Under the pieces are notes generated by a model. That model had not been told where the DNA came from and made no database searches. It was given only the letters and a program-made list of their open reading frames with translations. DNA of 46,751 bases, the filler included, from Jimgerdemannia flammicorona (taxonomy: Eukaryota), in assembly GCA_003990765.1 (NCBI GenBank). It is 2 parts of 2 records of this genome, joined end to end, with 100 filler letters (N's around TTAATTAATTAA, not from the genome) between each part and the next. Parts side by side here need not be neighbours in the genome. Positions count along the whole stretch, not along the records: positions 1 to 23,329 come from RBNJ01001118.1; 1 more part is not named here. One strand, written 5' to 3'. The translations under genes were made by a program, and so were the position numbers. This document shows, piece by piece, positions 11,569 through 22,049 of this stretch. The stretch's first letter is position 1. Each line of letters begins with the position of its first letter.

Positions 11569-13026
11569 ATGATCTTCATTCCCAGCATAATCCCCGGTAC
11601 ATTGTCAACCATCTCAAACACGATATTCTTAGCCATAAGCATCATCGTCGGTGCCGCCTTAAAATACATCCTCACATGGCGAGCCAAACGCGAAGTTTCT
11701 CCTACCCTTGCCACCATTGTCGATACTACAGTCCTCAGTTTGTTGGCTGGCGGATTATCGATACCAGGTAGCTTTCTCGAATTGCAAGGTTCAGCACTCA
11801 TGGTATTTCTCTGTTCAAGTTACATTCCCAAAACGGTGCTTCCGAGGTTCTACAATGGTGTCGTACTGCCAAAATTCACCGAAAGATACAGCAATGTAAT
11901 GGTGAACTTCAACATTAGTTCCGCCCTTGGCGAAAATTATTTTTATGCGACTGGCACTAATTCTAGGGTAACTACTGTATTTTGATATCATCCCATTTTG
12001 CAAGATTGAATAATCCGTTCATTCGCTAAAACTATTGTACGTTCCAACGCGCCCGGACATTTAGTCTTCTATGATGCAAATAAAGAATACAACAACACAT
12101 GGATGGTGCAAGATTCCATCAACAAAGCCTACGCCGTAGTCGGTCTCTCTAACGACGATCCCAAATACAACATTTCGACAAATGAATTTCAAGCCTTCGG
12201 TTTGGTCGCGAACGTCAGTTGCCGTAACGTCACCGGTGATTACCAAATGCTCCAGGGCACGGACAACTACATGGGTACCAATGGGTCCGGCATGGCCGAC
12301 AGGTTGTCCTTTACTATGTATAATGTCGCAAACCTCCAGTATGTTACGACGTATGTATTTCAGAGACACTTCCTTTCCTGGAAACATGACCACTAACTAT
12401 AGCGCCACTGGGTTTTACTACACTACATTTGCTACGGGCACCAACCTCGACGGCAAATTGCTAACAGGAGATGACCTTCATCCGCTGATTTGGTGTGATT
12501 TCGACTTGGCGATTGCTAATGTCACCGTCAATTGGAGGGGTGTACAAGTTGTCCCGAGCACTGCGAATGCGATCAAAATGACTAATTACGGGATGGTAGG
12601 AGTGTAATTTTTTGGAGCCAAGGATATTGCAAACAGTTTCTTGTTTAAGGTATTCTACGCTCCAAACCTCACGACAACAATGCGATCCTTCGAAAATGAG
12701 CTTTCCGGACAATTCCTAAGTTGGGACTGTTGCCTTGGGGCTGTACGGCGACCAGGAGTCGGTCCCCGTGCGATTCAATAGTCTGGAAAATAACAGTGAT
12801 CACATTTGGCATTACGTTCATATTGATAATGTTAGTGAATCTGCTGATAATCGGCCAACGCGTATCGGTCGTTAATAGTAAGACCAAGTTTATTGGAAAC
12901 GAACAATTCGAATGGTGGGGAATTATAAGTGCCTACAGCAACGCAGTGAGTGATGGTGACTGGGCAACCGATAATGAAGTCGCTTTCAGGAAGAAGATCA
13001 GGGAAGCTGGGATAACGATTCCTTGA
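11569..13026 (+). pseudogene. Uncharacterised membrane glycoprotein gene (N-terminal TM segments, N-x-S/T-rich luminal domain, C-terminal TM), probably frameshifted
   Basis: Consecutive ORFs 11569, 12103, 12182 and 12721 are linked by plausible introns (~11969-12064, ~12596-12649). Frame switches near 12350-12363, 12720 and 12775 are not all explained by normal introns. Confidence 0.55.
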
Positions 13027-13557
13027 ATAACCGACATCGGACAATTGATGTTTTCATCTTCGCCTTCGCCCCTTCCCTTTTTTCCTCGTAATTCTCAAAC
13101 AGTGTTGATATTAATAACATATTCAATATCATCCAATCTCATTTGCCCTTTTTTTTTTTAAAAAAAAAAAAAAAAGTTGAGTCTGATCGCTCCCCCGCAT
13201 TTCGGCAGTTATTTCTTTCACATGGTTGTTTTCTTTTTCTTTTTCTTTTTTTTTTGGAGCGCCTGCAGCCACTTTGACAATATAGTAATTAACTATTAAC
13301 ATATTCAAAATGACAAAGGATCCCAAAACACTAAAGAAAGTCACCGGCTTCCCATATTTGATGCCAAGCAATTTGATAAGACCACGCCATCCGTCTCGTG
13401 AGACAATTCCAAAATTGAGAGAATATATATCACAGAATGAACGAGGTCCAAAATGTCGCAGTCCACTTCACTAACAGGACCGAAAAGAGTATTCTATGTT
13501 CCACCTCTGAGTTCTCAATTTCTCGTTCTCTGAACTTCAACGGGTCACCCGGAACCC

Positions 13558-13785
13558 GGCATACGCAGAGTATGCATAGCCATATATAGCAAAACGCCGG
13601 CTGACGTTTGTGACAGCGGCACATTTTATGACAGCATCCAGGGCTAACGTTTTATGACAGCAACCTGGCATACGCAGAGTATGCATAGCTGTCAGTCTTG
13701 TATGTGACACCGCCATATATAGCAAAACGCCGGCTGACGCACATTTTATGACAGCATCCAGGTCTAACGTTTTATGACAGCAACC
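13558..13785. repeat. ~110-bp tandem duplication upstream of TRP copy B
   Basis: GGCATACGCAGAGTATGCATAGC...TTTTATGACAGCAACC occurs twice; copy A has a single unit. Confidence 0.85.
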
Positions 13786-14074
13786 CCAGGTTTCAGAAGC
13801 GGGTGTTTCTCGGTAAATCATTTCCCGGGTTCGGCTTTACACAGGTGATAAAGTCGGTTCTCCCAAATGTTTATACTACATAGTTACACGGGAACCGACA
13901 ATCTTTAACCTGTCTGAAAGTGATCCCACAACACGGAGAACTAGCCCGCTCCTGGTCGTTGTGTAACGATTTTGATTACATTAAAGCTCGACTTCCTTCA
14001 CCTCCCCCTCTCCAACAAAAAAAAAAAAAAAAAAAAAAAACACATCTAGCAACCCGTTCAACTTCCCCGTCGCA

Positions 14075-16077
14075 ATGGCAGATCAGTCAGATCTAACTCT
14101 AAGTGTTACGACTCTTGATACGAAAGCGACCAGAAACCTCTCTGAACAAGACCTCGAGATGCAGCCTGAAGATATCGACATCGAAGTAGAAGTCAAAGCC
14201 GCCGTGAAGAGTGTAATTCAAACGAAAGACTACACTCACGGAGGAGACCTTACAAAAGCACTTGTCAAAGCCATTGACAAGGCTCCGGAATTGGCGTCTA
14301 GTGCTCTTCGGGAATTGTCGTACGTCAAGCTGCCGGCGGACAACATCAAGAACGACGACAGCTCAGACCCCAAATTTACGGAGCTGGAAAATTTTCATCC
14401 GTGCATATTTGATCCAGAATTCAAAAATTGGGAACCGATGAAAGACAGTTACATCGACATGTTTGTAAAGAACATTGACATATTCAACTTGGCTGATAGA
14501 AAAAACCGACGTTACAGTTTGTGCATTGTGCCCTTGTACGACTTTTCAAAGTATGAAACAACTACCAACTCTTGGCGTAAACAATTCAGCCCCTTCACGA
14601 AATTTGCACACTCGAAAAATTCGGATTTCGCGGAACCGGTATTGGAAGCTGTCGTTGAATTTAAATGGTATGAAATTCCTTCTCTTTTGTGGTACGCTTG
14701 GTTTGTTGGTGATCAAACTAACGGTTGACTTCTATTTATCACAGGCGTTCGTTCGCAAGAACACGCTACTGGCTGAATTTTGCGCTCTTCCTCACTTACT
14801 TCGCTGTTTTCGCAGCTATGATTGGTCGTCATATCGGGCCTGATGCCGGAGATATTACAACGATCGTATTGGGCGCCTACTTCATCCTCCAAGAATTCAG
14901 GCTGCTGATTGTTGGACCCGTGTCCTATTTGACATGCACGTACAATTACACCGACGTCGCCACCATCGGCTTCCCGTTTGTTACTGCTATTTTGGATAGA
15001 TATGCGCCTGACGTCAATATATACGATCGACCAAACGATTGGCTTCCAAGTTTCTCGCTGTTGTTACTTTGGATTTCCCTTGTGAGTATTAATATGTTTT
15101 GTATTTCTACGACTAAATGTTGAAATCGCTGCTTCCCGGGTTACAGATAGGCATGATTGACAATAATACTCTGAATTTTAATTTTAATCATAGATCAGCC
15201 GGATGCGCGGTAATTGTCTTCGGTTTTCTCCTCAAAGCGTACATCCTCTTTGACTTCGAACAAAGTTCATTCCGATATCTTTCTCTTCTATCAACCTGCA
15301 TCTAATGATTTATTTCATCATCATCACCAACAGTCGTCAAAAGAATCGGCATTCTAGTTATTGTTATATATTCAATTCTCCAAAACATTTGGCCTTTCAT
15401 ATTCATTGCAAGCGCCTTTCTGCTGGCCTTCGCACATGCGTTCCTTGTTCTTCTCCATCACGTAGCACCCAGTAACGGGGCCAGCCCTTACATCGGCAAC
15501 CTCACCGATACTTCTGGAGCCGTTGCCGACACCATCTCACTTAACGCTCCATCTTACAATGCATCGACGGGTGCGTTCTATCAGTGGGACTCTGCCGTGC
15601 CATCTATCATCTACTTTCTCGGCGGTGACTGGTCCAGCTTGTCCGCATACGACCCAAGCCCTTATCGGACCGTGTTGAAATGCGTGTTTACCTTTATGAT
15701 TACAATTGGGATTTTGAATGTCTCTATCGCCTTGCTCAACGACATTTTCAGTAGGACGTACGCAAATGGCCAGCGAGAATGGGTCATCATGATGGCGGAA
15801 ACTGTGTCGAGGGTAGAGTATTTATTAATGCTGCCCATGGAGCACAAAGAAACGAAGATGTTCCCCGAAAAGATTGCTTATATTGGTTAGTATATCTCTC
15901 GATTTAACCTAGTCATTAACAATCCCCATCATTGACTCAACTTGTGTCTACGTATTTTATTTTTATCCCTCAGCTCATGACTCCGAAATTCTGCGATACA
16001 ATGACGCGAAAGAGAAAGATAAAGCCCAAGTCTATCCTTCCGATTGGTTCAATGGCAAAAAACCTAATCAGACATAA
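14075..16077 (+). CDS. TRP-like 6-TM cation channel, copy B (~533 aa); exons 14075-14667, 14745-15081, 15194-15209, 15334-15885, 15974-16077
   Basis: Same exon structure and motifs as copy A, with canonical GT-AG splice sites and an open frame throughout. Confidence 0.85.
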
Positions 16078-16771
16078 ATGTCGTGCTTTCTGACTGATGG
16101 AAGCTATGTACGTTCCGAAAATTCTTTTGACGCGCAGTTTGATTTTCATTGCGACGTCCAGTTTTACTATAGACTGAGATGATTGACTTCGACTGCCTTT
16201 CTTGCAAATATTCAGAGCAAGGCTACAGCAACTCAAATACTTGGCAATAATTCTTTTTATTATGACGGTCGCCACTTGATCAATGAAAGTGGGTTACCAC
16301 GGTCTATCAACAAACGACTGCCCGTTACTTGACTAGAGGTGTAACTGGGATATTTATGTGAAAGTCAATAATGAAAGGCAATAGGGTTGTGTCAACGACT
16401 TGTTCTCATTTTGCAGGTTTCGGCGGAGGAGGTTTTTTGGGGGAAATACGGGGTCAGGGACTGTAGAGTTTTGACGGTGTAAGTTGATTTGGCGTGTTCA
16501 ACTGTTAACCTAACAGTAGAGGCAATGACGCACGACATTCAAAGCTCATCTTCCTGGGCTTTCTCCTCTGCTATCATTAGTGTCCATGTATATTTTTAAA
16601 TCTTCAATCGTGTTTATGTGTGTTCGTTCGTAGCTCGAATGAGATATAAAAACCCACCCAGCTTGTCACGTGAACAACAAAAACGTTTTACTTCGCTTTC
16701 CACATAACAATCAGCAGTGCGATGTGGTTGAAAACCTCGTGAATAAAAACCAAGAATGCCCTTGCACAAAT

Positions 16772-18545
16772 TGTTGTATCCAACAAGGATCATTTTAAGA
16801 AACTAGTTCAGAGAGTTCTTACGATCTTGACGGTATTCCTTATGCGGATTTCTCAAAAAGGGCAGATGACGCAGATTCTCTTCTTGACTGACGAAGTTAT
16901 GTCAAAGACTGCTTCATTTGCATGAGGTTACATCAAGGGACTGGCTTCACTGTGAAGGTGCATCTTATACTAAACTGGCTTTGTGGCAAGATTCCTATGG
17001 TGGCTTTTCCTTAAGTGGCAGATTACTCAAATGGCAGCAAAGTTCTTCACTAGAACTGGGTGCCAACCTCAAGCTTTGGATCAGAAAGTGGACTGGAGTG
17101 GAAAGGGAACCAAGCTCACAATCTCTTAGTAGTGGCTTTAGAGTAGATGTTTCTCCTAAGTATTGTAATCCTTTTCTTAGATCAAGTAGCTCTTGGCAGA
17201 CATATCTCTCAAAGTGTAGTAGACAGACTTATCTGTTATTTTGATTTATATTTCAGACTGAGGTTTATTCACTCTTATCTCTGTAGTATTTTATATAATT
17301 TATTTACTATCTCAGTTGATATCTGGATAATTATAGAATATATAGCATAGCTAAATATAGTGTGTGAATTTCTCTATATATATACTCAGAGTTCAGTATC
17401 TTCAGAGTATAGTACCTTCAAGGTTCAGTCATCTCAATCTGAGTATTTATGCTATTTATGTAATTTCTGCAGCAACAGAGTAACTATATAGGTAACTATA
17501 GTATACTAAGTATTTACATCATTTGATTATAGTATATTATTTATATGTATATTACACTATTAAGGACAAGTTTAAGTTCTACTTATCAATCAGAAGAACT
17601 AAGACTATATAGTTAAGAAAGAGGACTGAGTTATACAAATAATCTTAGATGAATTAATGGAAAAAACTAAAATAAAATAAAATAATTCTAGAAGAAGTAA
17701 GTCAACTCAAGATTACAGAAGTTCAAGAACTACTCTCAATCATATAAGATCAGAAAGACTTTAGAATTACAGACCAAGCAGTAAGTTTATCTGAAAACTG
17801 AGCTCATAAAATGCTTATCTTTAAAAAACTAATTAAAGAAAAAAGAAGTTTGAGTACTTATTAATAGCAGAGTAGCTAGTATTTCATCAATTGGAACCTC
17901 ATTAAAACCCTCAAGATTCTTACCAATTCTGTATTCAGAAATGAGAGAATAGTTATAGCAGATAGTACATTATATCCTATTAAGTCAATTGCTGTCAAAC
18001 TATCCATCAAGATTTAGAAATATTGAGAATGAGTTAATTTTGAGATTATACTTCTAGAAGATCACAATTTTATCTTAAAAAAACTCTAACTCACTAAGTA
18101 TAATTCAAATATTAATTAGTATAAAAATAAAGCCAATATTATCATCAAGTTAGACAAATTAGTAAATAAGACTCAGATTGTAACTCTATTAGTAATATAG
18201 TATAAGAAGGTACTCAAGAAGTAGTATATATTTTTATCATTATTATCTATCTCAAAAAATAAGATAAGAAGCTGTCAATCAATAAAAGTATCAAGTTACT
18301 ATTAGAAAATTTTCCTAGATAAGCTATCTGATCTACCATCTATATAAAAAGTAGATAATAAAATTTAACTAACTCCAGAAGCTATACTATCTAAGATATA
18401 AATATATACTATCTTAAGATAGAAGTAGTTAAGAAAGAACTAGAAGAACTATTCACCTGAGGAGCCATTCAGCTTAGCAAGTTTCTCTATAGCTTACTAG
18501 TCCTTTTTATCAAAATAAAATAATAGAACTTTATGAATATATTAT
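16772..18545 (+). mobile_element. Heavily decayed Ty3/Gypsy relic (LTR-like start, protease to pre-RT remnant)
   Basis: 18255-18540 aligns with pol 42260-42570 (e.g. GATAAGAAGCTGTCAATCAATAAAAGTATCAAGTTACT vs GACAAGAAGCTATCAATTGATGAAAGCATCAAGTTACT). The left boundary is inferred. Confidence 0.65.
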
Positions 18546-18559
18546 CACATAGTGGTTGC

Positions 18560-19890
18560 TGAGTTCTTCAAATACATCAGATTCACTTCAAGGTATATCT
18601 CTTAGACTAACTCAAGTTTGTTATACATAAGCAAGTTCTTATTGGAGTACCTTCTCAAGGTCTTATAGTTCTCAAACTTCTTATCTTTAAACTGTCTTGT
18701 TATCTCTTAGATTGCTTGCAAGGAAGTGTGTATATTGCACTGAGTTGACTGACTTTATTTCAGAGAAAATAAGAGGAATATTTATACAAAATATAATTCA
18801 ATAGTTGCTAAGATATAAATTTAAATATAAATTCCAGGACAGGAAAAACTGCTAAGTTCCAGAGTTGGCACTGATGGTTGTACAGATTCAGAATACTGGT
18901 ATAATTCAGTATCACATCAGAATACCAGTATTGGAACAATTCTGCATCACCTCAGACTTAGAGCAGAATGTTTAAGACTATAAGGGCTTCATTCTCATCA
19001 TTACTGAAGGAGATGAGATCTGCAAATGTTTCATCAAGATTGCACACTTTGTATACTTTGATGTCATGTGGGATGATATCATTGCTGATGATGTCATCAT
19101 ATTCAGCAGAGAAATCAGGGGCTCTCCAATCTATGAGATTCTCTTCCACAAAATAGAGAACAAATGTGAGGTCTTGGGGAGGTCTAACCTGGATACTTGG
19201 TCCTTGAAATACTGAAATCAATTCTTGTAGGAATTGGTCTAGATTGTCCTGAAGGATAGGATACCAGAAGTCTTATACTTCATCACAATTGAGGGTGATA
19301 GTGAACTGGGCTTCTATAGCCACCCTGGTTTCTAGTACATTGATATAGTGGGATAATAGATCTCTGAAGTCTGAGACTCTAACATACTCCAAGTTGGAAA
19401 TTGACCATAGTGTATGCCTGAAGATCTGATGGATCTTCTTAGCTGTCTTTATCTTACATATATCTATAGAAGTGGCATCTTGTAGCTCTTGAGGGCTGGC
19501 TTGTGGGAACTCCTGGTAGAGGAGATTTTCTATTTTGTACTCCTGTCACATTTGGAGGCATTCAGTAGCAATAGTGATCCTTGTTTCCATTTCATAATGG
19601 TAGAGGATATAATGATAAGAGTTATCAGTACTCAGGTTGACACTAGGAGTCCTTCTTGTGCAGGTCCCCATGGCTCTTCTAATGTCTAGAACATCCTTTC
19701 TTCAACTGAGATACCTTGGTGGTTCCTTGACCTTGAGGTTTGGCAAGCAGTAGGCATTTTGTTTGTGGTAAGTCTTTGAGCTATTTTGAGATTGGTGGGT
19801 CTTGTTGGTTACTGCTACTGCAGTTCCTTGATCCTTCTTTTATATTCCTCAAGATATTCATACTGTAGTCACAATGACTCACAGTTGCCA
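18560..19890 (-). mobile_element. Decayed 5' fragment of an LTR element family (extra ORF plus gag start); same family as 32591-37005
   Basis: Collinear homology with ~35560-37005. A reading frame runs from ~19563 to 18958 with only two stops. Confidence 0.7.
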
Positions 19891-19983
19891 ATACGTTTTC
19901 ACATCTCTCTCTGCTACAATTCGCGTTACACACACTTTTACAACACACTTTCAAGGCATTTATTGGAGAAAGATACTAAGGCA

Positions 19984-22017
19984 ATGTTGACTAGCAAGCA
20001 AGCCAACACACGTACTAGGTTGGGTGGACCTGGGGCCTTCAACTGGCAGTATGTCGGGAGAGGGTATAGATTGGGAATGGGATCTTTTGGTGGCTTGAGT
20101 GGGCAGGGTAGCTCAGGGAGTGGAGGTGGCACTGGTGGAGGGGCTGGAGGGAAGCAGGGGAGGAGCTTTGTGGACATGCTGAGGGATGGGGGCTGGCCAT
20201 TGGGCACTCGCAGTGGGCCGGCAGGAGGGAAGGGGAAGCAGAAGGATGGAACCGCTGGGAGTGCTGGGCCTTCGCTGGTGGGAGGTGGGGGAAGTGGAGG
20301 GTCTGCTGGGGGTAGTGGTGGGACTGCTGATGGTGGTGTGATGGTGAATCGGGAAAAAAAAAGAGATGTGATGGTTGATGGCCAGGGGGGGCAGGGGTTC
20401 CCAATGAGGAAGGGGGACCTGGCAGATAGTGTAATGGAACTGGCAGTGGCCCCATTGCTCAAGAAGTCAATCTCGGAGTTCGTGGCTACCTTGTGCTTCC
20501 GAGGCTTGGTGGTGATGGCAAGGATGGTCCTGGGGCTTATCTCGAGGCAGGTGGCTGGGGCGGCTTTGGTGAAGTTCTTGAAGGGCATGGAGGGGGTTGA
20601 GGTGGGCTTTGAGGAGGCAGGCCTACTGGATGAGGCCATGAAGACGGGTGTGGTGGTTGGGGAGGTGGTGGTCCCCATGGTAAGGTGCTTGAGGTGGGAC
20701 CCCAGAGTGGTGCAGCTTCGGGTGAGGGGGGTGCCCATGGTGACTAAGGAGGAGATGAGGAGGAGGGTGGAGGAGGTGATGGTTGAGTATGGAGATGTGG
20801 TGGACATTGGCTTTCAGTTGTGGGAGGGGACAACTTTCAGGACAGGTGATGTTGATGTCAGGATTCGGTTGGCAGGGAAGGAGGCCACAGGGAAGACAAG
20901 TAATTGGCCCTTGGTGCTGATATGGGGAGCTGTCGTCTACAAGGTGTCAAGGGTAAAGGGGAGCGAAGAGGAGGAGGAGGACTTGTTGGAGGCACTGGAG
21001 GAGTTGGGTGGTGCTGTAGAGAGAAGGGCGAAGACCTGGAAACTGTATGAAGAGTCGACGCATCTGGAGGTTGTGGGCGGGAGGCGAATCCGTATGGATA
21101 AGAAGCAGTGGGAGTGGATTCAGGGATGCAAGAAGCAGAAGGAGCTGTTGGCAAGTATGACTGATGGGGGGAAGAAGAAGTTAGGTGGAGCTGAGGAGGC
21201 TGGAGGCGCTGAGGCCAGTGTCTGGGCTGGCAAAGCGGGAGAGGAGGTGGAGGCGAAGGAGGCAGGGACTGGGAAGGGGCTGGACAAGGACCCATTTACT
21301 GATGGTACCTTTGAAGTGTGGGAGTCGGTGCTGGATGCCACCCCCCCCCCACTTATCAGGAGAGGCCCAGTTGGGAAGCGAGGGGGGACAGAGGATACAC
21401 AGATACAGGGGGCCCAGCAGGTGCGATTTGGGGTCCCTGATATGGCTCAAGGGGGTCAGGTGGTGGCAGTTGGCGAGGATGAGCTGGTGGATGTCCCTGA
21501 GGAGGAGTGGGATGAGGCTACTAGTGTAGGAGCTGACACCACAATGTTGGATGCGGGGCGACTGGGGACTCTGGGAGGGATGGAGGTAGGGAACTTGTTG
21601 TGGGTATGCAAGGTGATGGATAACCTTGCAGCAGAAGCATTGGGGGAGGTGGACCTGCAGGCGATACCTGAGGAGCATTGGGCAAGGATCCTGCATGGGG
21701 ATGGAATGGTGGAGGCACTGAAGGTGGAGATTCTGGCGATTTTGATAGAGGAGGAGGGATATGAGGTTGATGAGGTGAGGAAGGCAGAGCTGGGGGTGGT
21801 CACTGGTGAGAGGGCAGATTACTGTTGGACAGAGCGTCATGGTCTGCAGCTCTGGCAGGAGGCCTGTCTGGAGTATCATGAGGATTTTGAGGAGCGTGAG
21901 GATGGGGCAATGGTAGAACTTCTGGGAGAGTTGGAGGCACGTGAAGCTGGGGAGAGGGAACTGGCTGCTGAACTTGACTTGGACTTGGCACAGGAGAGAC
22001 AGGATACTGACTTATAG
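19984..22017 (+). CDS. LINE ORF1 protein (677 aa; Gly-rich N-terminus, RRM-like core, acidic C-terminus)
   Basis: Long open frame. VRGVPMVTKEEMRRRVEEVMVEYGDVVDI...RTGDVDVRI resembles the RRM of L1/Tx1 ORF1. Confidence 0.75.
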   Translation: MLTSKQANTRTRLGGPGAFNWQYVGRGYRLGMGSFGGLSGQGSSGSGGGTGGGAGGKQGRSFVDMLRDGGWPLGTRSGPAGGKGKQKDGTAGSAGPSLVGGGGSGGSAGGSGGTADGGVMVNREKKRDVMVDGQGGQGFPMRKGDLADSVMELAVAPLLKKSISEFVATLCFRGLVVMARMVLGLISRQVAGAALVKFLKGMEGVEVGFEEAGLLDEAMKTGVVVGEVVVPMVRCLRWDPRVVQLRVRGVPMVTKEEMRRRVEEVMVEYGDVVDIGFQLWEGTTFRTGDVDVRIRLAGKEATGKTSNWPLVLIWGAVVYKVSRVKGSEEEEEDLLEALEELGGAVERRAKTWKLYEESTHLEVVGGRRIRMDKKQWEWIQGCKKQKELLASMTDGGKKKLGGAEEAGGAEASVWAGKAGEEVEAKEAGTGKGLDKDPFTDGTFEVWESVLDATPPPLIRRGPVGKRGGTEDTQIQGAQQVRFGVPDMAQGGQVVAVGEDELVDVPEEEWDEATSVGADTTMLDAGRLGTLGGMEVGNLLWVCKVMDNLAAEALGEVDLQAIPEEHWARILHGDGMVEALKVEILAILIEEEGYEVDEVRKAELGVVTGERADYCWTERHGLQLWQEACLEYHEDFEEREDGAMVELLGELEAREAGERELAAELDLDLAQERQDTDL

Positions 22018-22049
22018 AGGATGGGCCCTGACATATATCATTATTCTTT

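Larger units (their letters stand above)
12790..16771. repeat. Right arm of the inverted duplication (partner 1589-5471)
   Basis: Reverse-complement homology ends at CTTGCACAAAT, where TE-like sequence beginning TGTTG starts. Confidence 0.95.

Noticed and set aside
19938..21879. Long minus-strand ORFs (289, 232, 145 aa) antisense to LINE ORF1
   Set aside because: Pro/Ser/Thr-rich shadow frames of a G-rich coding strand, with no domain signal.
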